A stretch of DNA of 46,249 nucleotides. It comes from Candidatus Micrarchaeota archaeon (GTDB lineage Archaea; Micrarchaeota; Micrarchaeia; Norongarragalinales; UBA8480). The notes under the pieces were generated by a model. The model saw only the letters and a program-made list of their open reading frames with translations. It was not told the DNA's origin and made no database searches. The DNA is taken from assembly GCA_964388435.1 (NCBI GenBank), contig CAYMAH010000064.1:1-46249 (forward strand), written 5' to 3'. Shown one piece after another: positions 25,511 through 36,207 of this stretch. Numbering within the stretch: the stretch's first letter is position 1; each line of letters begins with the position of its first letter. The translations under genes were made by a program, and so were the position numbers.

Positions 25511-26782
25511 TCAGATGAAATCCTTCCCAATATACCTCTTCAAAACTTCGGGAACCCCTATCCTCCCATCTTCAGTCTGGTAATTTTCGATAATTGCAAC
25601 CAAAGCTCTTTGAGTGGCGATAGCGGTTGAGTTAAGCGTGTGCGGGTATCTTTTCTCCCCGTTCTTGTCCACGTACTTGATGTTCGACCTGACGGTTTGG
25701 TAACTGGTGCAGTTGCTGCACGAGACCACTTCCCTGTAGGCGTTTTGAACGGGCATCCACGCTTCAATGTCATACTTTTTGCTTGCGACTATTCCGATAT
25801 CTCCGGTGCATATGTTTACGACTCTGTACGGGATTTTCAGCTCTTGAAAAACCTCTTCCGCGTTCTTGAGCATTTCCTCGTGGAATTGTTTCGACTGTTC
25901 AGGAGTGCAGTACACGAACTGTTCTATTTTGTTGAACTGGTGGTCCCTGAAAATTCCTTTCGTGTCTTTTCCGTGCGCTCCAGCCTCTTTTCTGAAGCAG
26001 GGGCTGAAACCGGCGAACTTCAAGGGAAGCTCCTCTTCTTTTAGAACCATGTTTGCCATCATTGCAACAAGAGGGTGTTCTGACGTTGAAATCAGATACA
26101 AATCTTCATTTTCTATTTTGTAAATCACGTCCTCAAACTCTTTCAGGTCAAGAGCTCCTTCCAGGTATTTTCTGTGAAGCATGAACGGCGGTTCGATTGG
26201 AGCGTAGCCCTTTTTTGACATTTTTTCAAGAACGTGGTGCATTAAAACTATGTCGAGAAGCGCCAAATCCCCTTTCAAGTAATAGAATCTCGCCCCGCTT
26301 ACCTCGGCGGCTTTTTCAATATATGCGAGTCTTCCCTCGATCAAGTCGACATGGCTTTTCGGCTTGAATTTGAAGCTTGTCTTTTCCCCCCATGTTTTGA
26401 TTGTGGCGTTGTCCTCGTCGCTTTTTCCGTACGGCACGGTCTCGTCCAGAATGTTCGGGAATCTCATAAGATAATATTTTATCTTCTCTTCAATCTCCTG
26501 GTTTTCTTTCTCCATCCTTTCTATTTCGAGCGGTATCTTCTTTGCTTTTTCGAGCTCTTTTCTGATTTCATCCTCTTTTCCCTTCTGTTTCAACTCTCTT
26601 ATTCTCATTGTCGCGGCGTTTCTTTCGTGCCTAAGCTTTTCGATTTCAACCTCGTTTTTTCTCTGCGTCTCGTCTTTTTCGAGCAGGTCTTTGAGCCATT
26701 CTATTTTTTCAGCGTCTCTTCTCTGCTCCAAACTCTTCCTGACAATTTCGGGATTCTTTCTTATAAGTTTCAGTTCAAGCAT
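25511..26782 (-). CDS. serS: Serine--tRNA ligase
   Basis: GARFYYL, LISTSEHPL, CFRKEAG...GIFRDHQFNKIE, EVVSCSNCT, HTLNSTA. Confidence 0.97.
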   Translation of the reverse strand: MLELKLIRKNPEIVRKSLEQRRDAEKIEWLKDLLEKDETQRKNEVEIEKLRHERNAATMRIRELKQKGKEDEIRKELEKAKKIPLEIERMEKENQEIEEKIKYYLMRFPNILDETVPYGKSDEDNATIKTWGEKTSFKFKPKSHVDLIEGRLAYIEKAAEVSGARFYYLKGDLALLDIVLMHHVLEKMSKKGYAPIEPPFMLHRKYLEGALDLKEFEDVIYKIENEDLYLISTSEHPLVAMMANMVLKEEELPLKFAGFSPCFRKEAGAHGKDTKGIFRDHQFNKIEQFVYCTPEQSKQFHEEMLKNAEEVFQELKIPYRVVNICTGDIGIVASKKYDIEAWMPVQNAYREVVSCSNCTSYQTVRSNIKYVDKNGEKRYPHTLNSTAIATQRALVAIIENYQTEDGRIGVPEVLKRYIGKDFI

Positions 26783-26834
26783 TTTGCAAACACGCTGTGC
26801 GATTTATTCGTTTTTATTTTTGGTTGTTAAACTT

Positions 26835-27776
26835 TTAAATGTTTTTAATAGCGAGAATTTCATTCAGTTCAGTCCTGCCCTTCAAATCTTCAACCGCAAC
26901 CGCCTCAAAACCCCTTTTGTTCAGTTCAGCTGCAAACTCGTTTGAAAAACCATGAGAGCAGAACACTTTTTTGGGATTTGAAGTTTCCACGTATTCAACC
27001 AGCTCGTTAAAGTCGGCGTGATCGCTTAAAACGAACCTCTTACTCCAACCGCTTGGAGCGGCGTAGTCTATTTTTTTGTTGCTTTTAATTTGGGTGAGCT
27101 CTTTTCTTACTTTAAAGGGGGATAGGATTGAAACAAAGCTTGTTTTCAATTCTTCTTCAGCCTCTTCAGAGTTTATGTCAATAAACTTCAAGTTAAATCC
27201 ATAGTGATTGTAAACTTCTGAAATTTTAGCTATTTCAGCCCCAACAAGCGGGGTTATCCCTTCAGCATTCATTAAATGAATAAGTTCCTGAGCCTTTCCA
27301 AGATTATACCCTCCCAGAATTGTTATAATGTTTGATTTTTGGTTTTGCCTAACCCATTTTGTTATGTTGTCGTGGACCTCGCTCCTTTCAGGGAAAATAT
27401 ATTCTGGTTTTCCATAAGTGGTTTCTATAAGCAAATAATCACTCTGCCTTACTTCGGCTTTGCCTGTTATTGAATCAGAAAGTTTGAAATCCCCAGTGTA
27501 AGTGAAAACGCTTCCATCTTCCTCCACTCTTAATTGTCTTGAACCCAAAACATGGCCAGCGTTTAAAAGCTCTGCCTTTAAGTCTTTTTCCATTTTCTGG
27601 GTTTCCACTCCCCTTGCTTTCATAAGGTCGATTGTCTCCTTGCTTGCAAGTGTTTTTCTTGATTTTTTTGTAATGTGATCAAAGTGAGCGTGTGATACGA
27701 ACACGTTTTCAGTTTTGGCGTCTAAACCTAACTCTAAGCCTTGAAACTCAAGAGCGTATGGTGGGTTAAAAAACAT
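26835..27776 (-). CDS. Metallo-beta-lactamase/beta-CASP nuclease
   Basis: VSHAHFDH, AGHVLGS, YTGDFK, IETTYG, LSDHADF, SHGF. Confidence 0.88.
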   Translation of the reverse strand: MFFNPPYALEFQGLELGLDAKTENVFVSHAHFDHITKKSRKTLASKETIDLMKARGVETQKMEKDLKAELLNAGHVLGSRQLRVEEDGSVFTYTGDFKLSDSITGKAEVRQSDYLLIETTYGKPEYIFPERSEVHDNITKWVRQNQKSNIITILGGYNLGKAQELIHLMNAEGITPLVGAEIAKISEVYNHYGFNLKFIDINSEEAEEELKTSFVSILSPFKVRKELTQIKSNKKIDYAAPSGWSKRFVLSDHADFNELVEYVETSNPKKVFCSHGFSNEFAAELNKRGFEAVAVEDLKGRTELNEILAIKNI

Positions 27777-28158
27777 CTCTTTGTTTGGTTCTCAGTCAAT
27801 GTTTTTAAAACATTCCATTTATTAGACTCTTTGGATTTTAGAATTTTTGATAACCGCTGTAACAAAAAAAAGCATAAAAACAACGTTGTTTAAAAAGTCT
27901 TAAAATAGCAAAAAGTGAAACCCCAAATTCATCCCAATAGACTTTTCATATTTATCACATTAGGTTATTTTAAAAAACCTATTCTTGGGTGGGAGGGGGG
28001 TTTATTCACTCGAATGGATGCTTTAATCCGAACCTTTGTGGTTTTACTTTTGACCTCATAATTGAGCATAAAACTGATTTAATCTTTTTTTCAGTTCAAT
28101 TTTTTAAACATTTCTCATAAAAACAAAAAAGCTTATTTATATATTAATAAATTAAATC

Positions 28159-28383
28159 ATGAGCAGGTTAATATCAGTGTCTGAAGAGGTTTACGAAGAA
28201 CTGGAAAAGCTTAAAGACAAAAACAAGTCTTTTACAAAAGTGATTATGGAGCTGGTGAAAGAGAAAAAGGGGGACATAAGCGACCTTTTTGGAGTCATCA
28301 GCCTAAGTGATAGGGAAGCAAGCAAAATCAAGGAAGACATAAAGAAAGATAGAATTTATTTTTTTGACAGGAAAAGGAGGTAA
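28159..28383 (+). CDS. vapB: Antitoxin VapB family
   Basis: ISVSEEVYEELEKLK...SFTKVIMELV; upstream of a PIN toxin. Confidence 0.88.
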   Translation: MSRLISVSEEVYEELEKLKDKNKSFTKVIMELVKEKKGDISDLFGVISLSDREASKIKEDIKKDRIYFFDRKRR

Positions 28384-28385
28384 GA

Positions 28386-28763
28386 ATGACTATTTTTGAC
28401 ACGAATATACTAATAGACTATCTAAGAGGTTCGGAAGAAGCTCGTAGAATAATACAAGAACATGCTGATGATAAAGGGCCTGCGATCACCGTGATAAGCG
28501 CTTACGAGTTAGTCAAAGGGTTGAGCAAAACGCAAGAAGATACTTTAAACAATCTTTTTAAAATAATAAAAATATACGATTTGAACTTTAATTCCATGAT
28601 TCAAGCGGGTGAGCTTTACCAAAAACTAAAAAAATCAGGAGAACTGCTGAGCGACGCGGACGTACTGATGGTAGGAATAAGTATAGAAAACAATAAGATT
28701 CTGGTAACGAAAGACAATGATTTTGAAGGACTAAAAAACGACAAAATCATAGTCGTTGAGTGA
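28386..28763 (+). CDS. vapC: VapC PIN-domain toxin
   Basis: IFDTNILID, SAYEL, DADVLM, LVTKDNDF. Confidence 0.92.
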   Translation: MTIFDTNILIDYLRGSEEARRIIQEHADDKGPAITVISAYELVKGLSKTQEDTLNNLFKIIKIYDLNFNSMIQAGELYQKLKKSGELLSDADVLMVGISIENNKILVTKDNDFEGLKNDKIIVVE

Positions 28764-28985
28764 TTTGATACATTTTGCGTTTTTATGAATTCGGTGTTTT
28801 AAAAATTAGTATTTACATATCAAAAACCTTGCAAATTTTAATATTATAATACTAAAATATGTTGGATTGTTTTTAACCTTTTTTAGAAGCAGTTTGTTAC
28901 TTTTAAAGCAAATTTTTTAAAATCGTAAGGTTTATATATTGGTTTACCACTAAATAGTTTAAACAATCATTGTGGGTGATTTATT

Positions 28986-29618
28986 GTGGAAAATATTGAA
29001 ATATCAATACCTATGAAAGAAGGAAGTACCGCTAAAGTTGAAAAAAGAGACAAGAGCGCTCTTGAGGAGCTTCTTGAAAGGCTTTTAAAGGAAAAGACAA
29101 GCGAGTTGGAGTACAGAGTGATAATGATGGAGAACAATGTTTTGCAGATGAGAAAGGATTTTTCTGAAATTAAGGCAAGGCAGGAAATCATTGACAAAGA
29201 ATCTGAAGAGCTTTTCAAGGAATCATTCAAAAAACTTGTTGAGTTCACCGACAAACTAACTACCATTTCAAGTGAAATGAACGCCATAGAAGGAAAAATA
29301 TCAACTGAAGATGAGAGAGTTTCGTTGCTTAAAGATCAGGAGAAGAGGTCTATAAAAGAATTGAAAAAAATGGAAAAGAAAGTAATAAAATACTTGAAAA
29401 AACACTTCGAAAGCAAAAAAGCAAGGGAAAAACTTATAAAATCAATAACTTTCAAAGCCGGGAGAAAACTGAGAAAGACCAAATTTCCGGGTTTAGCTAA
29501 GGCGGCTGAAAATAAAGTATTGAAAAACGTCAAGAGAAGAGTAAAGGTTATAGCAAAGAAAAAAGTAAGTCAGTCAATTAAACAGTCAATCAAAAAATCA
29601 AAAAAAGCTAAAAGGTGA
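28986..29618 (+). CDS. Hypothetical coiled-coil protein with very basic C-terminus
   Basis: GGTGA RBS; E/K heptad pattern and a Lys-rich tail. Confidence 0.7.
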   Translation: MENIEISIPMKEGSTAKVEKRDKSALEELLERLLKEKTSELEYRVIMMENNVLQMRKDFSEIKARQEIIDKESEELFKESFKKLVEFTDKLTTISSEMNAIEGKISTEDERVSLLKDQEKRSIKELKKMEKKVIKYLKKHFESKKAREKLIKSITFKAGRKLRKTKFPGLAKAAENKVLKNVKRRVKVIAKKKVSQSIKQSIKKSKKAKR

Positions 29619-29627
29619 ATAAAATCA

Positions 29628-30065
29628 GTGGTGGACATTCAAACAATTGCTATCATAATACTGATAGGGGTTATTGATATATTTGCTTTTTTTGAGTATT
29701 ATAAATATAAAATAAAGTTGGACGAGGTGAGGAAGAAGGCGTCTGTTCAAGCACAGGTGGTTTCAGCTCAACCGTCGCAATCCGTTCAATCCCCGGCTGA
29801 AAGAATAAAACAGTCAATTCAAACACCTCTTGTTGTTGTCAACAATGGCTCGTCTCAAAGCCAATCTCAGATTAAAACGCTTAATTCTGATGTTGAAAAG
29901 CTTAAAAATGATAACACTGTTCTTCAAAAAAAGTCTGACTTGGCGTCATCAAAAACTAAAAGCACTATTCAAACAAGTTTGAATGAAGTTGGTGGCAAAA
30001 TTGATGGTGTTTTGTTGCAAGTTCAAAACGTCAAGGGAAAAATGAATTCAACACAACCCTCATGA
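29628..30065 (+). CDS. Hypothetical membrane-anchored coiled-coil protein
   Basis: N-terminal TM, Q/S-rich linker, coiled coil. Confidence 0.7.
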   Translation: MVDIQTIAIIILIGVIDIFAFFEYYKYKIKLDEVRKKASVQAQVVSAQPSQSVQSPAERIKQSIQTPLVVVNNGSSQSQSQIKTLNSDVEKLKNDNTVLQKKSDLASSKTKSTIQTSLNEVGGKIDGVLLQVQNVKGKMNSTQPS

Positions 30066-30082
30066 GATTTTTTTTTATTCTT

Positions 30083-31165
30083 TTATCTTGTGATTTTAAG
30101 TTGTTTAACCCGTTCATAAAGTTCCTTTGCTTCAGAGTTTTTTTCGAAATGTTCTCTTACCGGCTTTATCAGTTCGTTGAGGTGGAATGAAACGCTTTTC
30201 TTCAAGTCAAGTGGGTGTATCTTTCCTTCAGTGTAGTCTTTTTCAAGGGAAGTGTAATCAAAGTATTCAGCGTCGCCTCCGAATTCTTTTTTTCTTTCGA
30301 TTTTCATTGATTTGAAGCCCCTGAATATTAATTCTTTTGAATATTGCATCATTGGGTTTCCTTCCACTATTTTGAGTGGGCAGTAAGCTTTTCCTATCTT
30401 TCTTGTTATTTCTTCTTCTGAATCGTGGACAAAAATGCCAGTTTCAGGCTTGCTTTTGCTCATCTTATGATCAATTTCAACTTCCAGTTTGGTTTCATCG
30501 CTTGCGCTTGCGCTGGAAACCCCGTCAAGGCCTAAAATTAGAAGGTGATGAGCGGCGATGGGTTTTTTCCACTTCATTTTTTCGGCTATTTCTCTTGCTA
30601 GCATTGAAGCTTTTCTTTGGTCCATTCCAAGTTGGCAGATGTCGACATTCAATTGAAAAACGTCAGCGGTTTGCATTGAGGGGTAGAACAGTTCAGCCAC
30701 TTCTTTTATCTCACCCTCTTTTCTTCCCGCTATTTGCATCGCCCTTAAAGTGCGGTTTAGGGTTTGATTTTTGGCTATTATCAATACTTTCTTCCAGTAC
30801 TCGGGATTGTCGAAATTTTCCTTGTGCCACACGAATTCTACTTTGTCTCCTATTCCGCCTGCTTTCCACACTTCAATAAAATAATTCCCGACAATTCTTA
30901 TGTCATCAAGATTTCCACTCATTTTGTTGTTGATCCAGGCGAATGAGTCTGCGAGCAAAAGCTTGAATTTCACTCCTGTTTTGACAATGTTTTTCAAAAG
31001 CAGCGGTCTGTAAACTCCGAATGCTAGGTGCGCTAGCCCCGATGGTTCGAAGCCGTCGTATGCTACTGGGTGGTTGTTGGTTTCGAAAAGTTTTTTTAGT
31101 TCCTGTTCAGAAATCAGTTCTTGAACGCTGTTTTTGATTATATTAACCTTTTCTTCGACTTCCAT
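30083..31165 (-). CDS. tyrS: Tyrosine--tRNA ligase (archaeal type)
   Basis: AYDGFEPSG, YPSMQTAD, QLGMDQRK, KMSKS, IHPLDLK. Confidence 0.96.
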   Translation of the reverse strand: MEVEEKVNIIKNSVQELISEQELKKLFETNNHPVAYDGFEPSGLAHLAFGVYRPLLLKNIVKTGVKFKLLLADSFAWINNKMSGNLDDIRIVGNYFIEVWKAGGIGDKVEFVWHKENFDNPEYWKKVLIIAKNQTLNRTLRAMQIAGRKEGEIKEVAELFYPSMQTADVFQLNVDICQLGMDQRKASMLAREIAEKMKWKKPIAAHHLLILGLDGVSSASASDETKLEVEIDHKMSKSKPETGIFVHDSEEEITRKIGKAYCPLKIVEGNPMMQYSKELIFRGFKSMKIERKKEFGGDAEYFDYTSLEKDYTEGKIHPLDLKKSVSFHLNELIKPVREHFEKNSEAKELYERVKQLKITR

Positions 31166-31174
31166 GAGTTTATT

Positions 31175-31633
31175 TTAAACCCCATTTTTTTTAAATGTTT
31201 TCCTGTCTTTTAAATTTTCAAGCCTCATTTTTATTATTCTCCTGCCGTAAAGTGTCTTTCTGCTATAGCCTTTTTTTTCAAATCCGATCTTTTCATATAA
31301 TCTCATAGCCCCGGAATTGCCCTCGTCAACAAGAAGCATCAAAGGCTTGCCGTATTTTATTAATCTTTTAACCAGTTTTTCAGCGACTCCTTTGCTTCTG
31401 TGCTCTGGGAGTGTTGCAAGCCCCAGGATGAATATTTTGTTTTTCTGGTTTTTGGCGTGAATGAACGCGATCGTTGTTTTTTTTTCAACTCCTATAAAAA
31501 AAATGTTATTGTCTTCTGTTAATTCTTTTTTGATTTTTTCAAGATTGTTTTGAGCGTATGGGAAGTAAGTTCTAATCATTGTAATGACGGAATAAGCATT
31601 TTTCTGGTTGGGTTTTTTGATTATCATTTTCAA
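31175..31633 (-). CDS. GNAT family N-acetyltransferase
   Basis: LATLPEHRSKGVA, GNSGAMRLYEKIGF. Confidence 0.88.
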   Translation of the reverse strand: MKMIIKKPNQKNAYSVITMIRTYFPYAQNNLEKIKKELTEDNNIFFIGVEKKTTIAFIHAKNQKNKIFILGLATLPEHRSKGVAEKLVKRLIKYGKPLMLLVDEGNSGAMRLYEKIGFEKKGYSRKTLYGRRIIKMRLENLKDRKTFKKNGV

Positions 31634-31666
31634 AATCTTATTTTCAAAATCTTTTTTAAAGTTTTT

Positions 31667-34039
31667 TCAGCGTTTCTTGTGTTTGTCCTTTAAAAAGTAT
31701 TTCAAGTCGTACCTGAATTTTTTATCAGAAAGCTTAAACACCATATAAACAATCGAGGCGAAAACAATAACTCCCGCCAAAAGCGGAATGGAGTAATTAA
31801 AACCTTGATTTTTACTGTTTTCAGAATTGGTTGGTCCTTGCTGAGATTTTTCAACAACAGTGGTTTGAGTTGTTTTAACCGGTTGGTTTTGAAGGCATGA
31901 GATTGTAATTTCTTTATTTATGTTTGAGTTAAGAACTGAAACGTTTATAACGTTGGAAGCGGGGTTTATGATGGTGTTGAAAGAACCGTTGCTTTTAATC
32001 AAAACATTCGCTTGAGGTATCCAAACTTCGCTTGGGTAATATTCATTATCAAGAGTGACCTTTCCATATAGTTCAACGCTGCTTCCATTGCATGCGTAGC
32101 TTACTTCAAGGCTTGCGTTCTCGTTTAAAACTCTGAAGTTCATGGTTAGGTTGTTTGAAAGGTTATATAAATCAATGGAGGTTAGGGTAAATGAATAGTT
32201 TCCAGGAGGCTCTGAAAAATTGTATGAATTGTTAACTGGAATTGAATTATTGTTTAAAAGAATGTAAGATTTTGTTGAATTGGAGTCAATAACATTGAAT
32301 TTAAGCGTAACGTTGAAGTTTTCAGGGATGGTGTTGTTTGAAAGCCAGGCGTTTAATACTGGCGGATTGTGAATTGGAATGGCAATATAAGTATTGTTTA
32401 TATTGCCTAAAGCGTCTACAGCGGTTAGATTAACATAATAAAAACCATCGGGTGTTTTTGGAATTAGAAGCGTGAAAGAATTGTTGGCGTATACTACTTG
32501 TGAAGAAGAGTTGAAGGAAATCAAAGAAGGTTTTGAAGTGGTTATACTTCCGTAAGCAACGCTCCCGCTGATGTAGAAACTTTGGTTTAAAACAGCGTAG
32601 ACGCTTGGTGGGGTGGTGTCGGCAATGAAAGAAGATTTTGCAAAACCCTCGTTTTGATAGTAATCCCAACCTTGAATTTCAACAGTGGCGTTGCCGTCCA
32701 ATCCTTTAAAAACTTTGTAGCTTCCCGTAAAAGTGTAGTTGTTTGTTTTATTTAACTGGAGAATTGTTGAAGCGTTTCCTTGAAGCACTACTGCGGTGGC
32801 GTTTTGCAATGGCTTGTTTGATGACATTGAAATGGTGATATTAGAATTTGTTGTCAAAGGGGTGATTGAAACGCTTATTATCGGCGGGGTTATCTCAAGA
32901 TAATTTACAGTTAGATTGGAAATGCTGGCTGTTTCGCTTGACGGTTGTAATTGAACTTGAAATTGAGCGTAGTCAGATTCGGTTGGAGTGAACGCCTGCC
33001 ATGGCGTCCAAGAGTAGGAGTCGTTGCTGAACCTCGCGAGAAATTCAACGTTTCCTGAAGAGTTTAGTGAGTAATTCTCCCATTCTACTGGATAATTTTG
33101 TCCTATGATGTTGAAAATAAAGCTTCCTGAAACAGGGGTGAAGTTTATAACATCGAAACCGTTGCTTGTTCCGAAGATTCCTATATTCAAGTAATGTGAG
33201 TAATATGCAGAGGTTGAGTAATCGCCGTCAATGACATCACAGCCGTTGTAAAACCACACTACTCCCTGCGGGGTGGAAGCGAAAATAGAGTTTTGAATTT
33301 GGAAGGCGTTGAAAACAGTTTTAAAGCAGCTGTTTTCAGGCGTTAAATCGGATAAACTTGCGTTTAAAAACTGTATTCCGTTATTTGTGCTGGCAATTAA
33401 AAAACCATTATAATCTTGAATGTTTAACGTAGGGGTGTTTGAAAGCACTTCAGATGAATTGGTGTTTAAGTTAAAGCTTATCAAACCCTTGTTTGTGGCG
33501 GCGTATATTATATTATTTATAATAATAGAATTGAACACCGCAAAGCCCTGAAGGTAAGTTTGATTGTTTTGAATATTATCTATTCCTGAGAGTGTGTTGG
33601 CGTAAACATTAACCCCGTCGGTTGAGGTGCTTAGAACATAATTGAGATTTGAGAACGCAGTGTTTGAAGAGTCAAGCGTTTCAACGGTCTGTCCGTTAGA
33701 GTTTATTACAAGCAATCCGTTGGTTGTTGAAATATATATGGATTCATTGAATGGCATTGAGTTTAAAATCTGCGTTTGAATGTTTGTGACTCCCTGCCTT
33801 TCTAGGTTAAGTGAGTAGTTGTAAACTCCGAATTTTGTTGTTTGCAGTATGCTGTTGTTTGTAACAAAAACATTTACAGAGTAATCTGATGCAATGTGAG
33901 TAAGCGGGTAGGAAAGGTAAACAGTTCCGTTTAAGTTAATGGTGTTGTTGTAAATCCCTATGAGTGGGAGTTGCATTGACGCAAAGCCTACTGCTTGAAC
34001 AGCGGCTATTAAGAACATAAGAGAAAATAAGATTTTCAT
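31667..34039 (-). CDS. Large secreted/surface glycoprotein (beta-propeller-like repeats, Ig-like domains, C-terminal TM)
   Basis: Signal peptide, repeated IYAATNKGL/STTNGL blades, DTTPP motifs, many N-x-S/T sequons, C-terminal anchor. Confidence 0.8.
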   Translation of the reverse strand: MKILFSLMFLIAAVQAVGFASMQLPLIGIYNNTINLNGTVYLSYPLTHIASDYSVNVFVTNNSILQTTKFGVYNYSLNLERQGVTNIQTQILNSMPFNESIYISTTNGLLVINSNGQTVETLDSSNTAFSNLNYVLSTSTDGVNVYANTLSGIDNIQNNQTYLQGFAVFNSIIINNIIYAATNKGLISFNLNTNSSEVLSNTPTLNIQDYNGFLIASTNNGIQFLNASLSDLTPENSCFKTVFNAFQIQNSIFASTPQGVVWFYNGCDVIDGDYSTSAYYSHYLNIGIFGTSNGFDVINFTPVSGSFIFNIIGQNYPVEWENYSLNSSGNVEFLARFSNDSYSWTPWQAFTPTESDYAQFQVQLQPSSETASISNLTVNYLEITPPIISVSITPLTTNSNITISMSSNKPLQNATAVVLQGNASTILQLNKTNNYTFTGSYKVFKGLDGNATVEIQGWDYYQNEGFAKSSFIADTTPPSVYAVLNQSFYISGSVAYGSITTSKPSLISFNSSSQVVYANNSFTLLIPKTPDGFYYVNLTAVDALGNINNTYIAIPIHNPPVLNAWLSNNTIPENFNVTLKFNVIDSNSTKSYILLNNNSIPVNNSYNFSEPPGNYSFTLTSIDLYNLSNNLTMNFRVLNENASLEVSYACNGSSVELYGKVTLDNEYYPSEVWIPQANVLIKSNGSFNTIINPASNVINVSVLNSNINKEITISCLQNQPVKTTQTTVVEKSQQGPTNSENSKNQGFNYSIPLLAGVIVFASIVYMVFKLSDKKFRYDLKYFLKDKHKKR

Positions 34040-34139
34040 TAAATCTATATTTTTTGGCTTTGTTTAAATTATTTTTGGTTCATATTTTTTGAGTAGATTT
34101 CATTAAATTTGCAAACTTGAAAGCTTTACATAATCTGGT

Positions 34140-34616
34140 TTACGCAGCACGTTTAAGTAAGCTCTTTATAGATTCAATCCACCCTTGATGCTTTACTTCA
34201 ATTTTTATTTTTTTTCTTCCCACAAGTTCTTTATTGAATGCTTTTTCAAGTTTTTCAACCTCGTTTTTTTCAAGCTCGTTTTTATTTATAACTACCCTTA
34301 TATTAGTTCTTCCAAAGCTATCGCTTGAAATCTCAACTTTAGTTCCTTTTCCCTTGCCAGTAAACGGAGTGATTTTTTTATTTGAGGATTGTTCTTCAAG
34401 AATGCTCTTGTTTTTGATTTCTATAAAACCGTTTTTTATGAATTTTTCTTTGAAATAATTGGTATCATGACTTTTATTGTTATCTTGAAGTCTTAATTCC
34501 AAAATATTGAATTCGCCCTTTCCTTTAGGCTCCTTGTGATGTGCAATCCATTTTTCTTCAGTGGATTCTGAAAGGTCTTTCAATAACCTGGAATGGTTGG
34601 TTTCCATTGGCTTCAT
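34140..34616 (-). CDS. Hypothetical protein
   Basis: 158-aa ATG ORF with host-like composition. Confidence 0.65.
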   Translation of the reverse strand: MKPMETNHSRLLKDLSESTEEKWIAHHKEPKGKGEFNILELRLQDNNKSHDTNYFKEKFIKNGFIEIKNKSILEEQSSNKKITPFTGKGKGTKVEISSDSFGRTNIRVVINKNELEKNEVEKLEKAFNKELVGRKKIKIEVKHQGWIESIKSLLKRAA

Positions 34617-34668
34617 TTTATAAAATTAGAGCAGGCTATATTTTTAAATCTTTTTAAAATATAAAAAT

Positions 34669-36207
34669 TCAAATCCAATTTTGGATTGCCTGTCTTATTC
34701 CAGCTTTAGCCATGACCATCTTCAAAATGCTCTTGTCAAACTTGTCAAAACTTTTAAGCAAAAACAACATTATAACATAAATAAAGCCGAATATCACAAT
34801 GCTTATGAAAAAACTCGTCATTCCCCCTCTTATCTCATAAAAACCATATGCTAGGAGGATTGCCAAAAACGATGCAATGACGGACTTTAAATAGTTGAGT
34901 TTAATAGGATTTTCGCTTGTTAGTTTTCCAGTTTCAAACCATAGCAGAATTGAATTCAATGTAAGCGCCGTAGCGGTTCCGATAGCCCCTCCAGTAATTC
35001 CTATCATTGGAACAAGCGTTATTGTAACGCCTATCATTACAATTGAAGCTATTATAATATTGTACAACACCAATTTTGTCTTTTTGAACACGCTTAAAAC
35101 ATCGTTTGCGGGAGTTGAAAGGGAAGAGATGAAATAACCGAAGCTTCCAATGCTCATCGCCAGCGCTCCACTAGTGTAGGCGCTTCCGAAAAACACTTTC
35201 AAAATCTCGGCTGAAAAAAACACTATAAAAATAAAAACCGGAAAAGTGGAATAGAAAATCCATTTTGAAATTTTTACAAAAACACTGTCAAATTCCTTTT
35301 TCTTGTTTTTTGTTTTAAGCGCGGTTAAAAGTGGTATTTCAAGGGAAGCTAGGGAGAGGGGGATTACAGTCACCATAGAGGCGGTTGGCATTGCAGCGCT
35401 GTAAATTCCAACTTCGCTAGCGCTTAAAATCAATCCGATGACAAGAACGTCAAACCATCCTATTAAAAGAGATATTGTGCCGCTTAAAAAAAGAGGTGTT
35501 GAATAAGTTAAAACTTCTTTGTATTGATTTAAATCAGGCTTGGCTTTAAGAAAATTGAAATGTTTTAAAACAAAAAAGCCTATTATCATGAAAGATATGA
35601 CTGCTGGAAAGACATACCCCGCTGAAATTCCAATCAGGCCAAATCCAAGCCAGGCGGCGAAGAAAACAAGAAAAATTCTCACTATATTTTCTAAAAACAC
35701 TTTTATTCCAGCTTCATATTCATATTTTTTAATGGACCTCATTATGGCCGCGAAAATACCTCCCAAAATGTAAAAGGGAATGCTTAGTGCAAAGACTTGA
35801 AACATAGTTACAGAATTTGGAATGTGAAACACTTCGGCGAAGAACGGGCTTGCTATGAACATTATAACACCTCCCATTATTCCTGTGATCGCGCTTAAAA
35901 CCGTAACAACCATTCCAATGTTTATGGATTTTTCAAAGTTTTTTTTCTCTTCAAACTCAGGTATGAAACGGTAAGCGCCGTAAGAAAGCCCTGCTGCTGA
36001 TATAACTAAGAAAATGCTGAGAATCATCAAGCCGATTGAAAAGGCTCCGTAAACTATGGTTCCCTGCCTTGCAACTACCAGTCTAACTGCGTAAGCTATA
36101 AACTTCGCCACGAGAGAAACTAATATGAATATCAAACCGCTTTTAGCCATTATTTTAAGCGATTGTGTGAAAGCGTCTTCAAACTCCTTTGTTTCAATCG
36201 AATCCAT
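34669..36207 (-). CDS. Oligosaccharide flippase (Wzx/MATE-like)
   Basis: About 14 TM segments, EVGIYSAA, LVPMIGITGGAIGT. Confidence 0.9.
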   Translation of the reverse strand: MDSIETKEFEDAFTQSLKIMAKSGLIFILVSLVAKFIAYAVRLVVARQGTIVYGAFSIGLMILSIFLVISAAGLSYGAYRFIPEFEEKKNFEKSINIGMVVTVLSAITGIMGGVIMFIASPFFAEVFHIPNSVTMFQVFALSIPFYILGGIFAAIMRSIKKYEYEAGIKVFLENIVRIFLVFFAAWLGFGLIGISAGYVFPAVISFMIIGFFVLKHFNFLKAKPDLNQYKEVLTYSTPLFLSGTISLLIGWFDVLVIGLILSASEVGIYSAAMPTASMVTVIPLSLASLEIPLLTALKTKNKKKEFDSVFVKISKWIFYSTFPVFIFIVFFSAEILKVFFGSAYTSGALAMSIGSFGYFISSLSTPANDVLSVFKKTKLVLYNIIIASIVMIGVTITLVPMIGITGGAIGTATALTLNSILLWFETGKLTSENPIKLNYLKSVIASFLAILLAYGFYEIRGGMTSFFISIVIFGFIYVIMLFLLKSFDKFDKSILKMVMAKAGIRQAIQNWI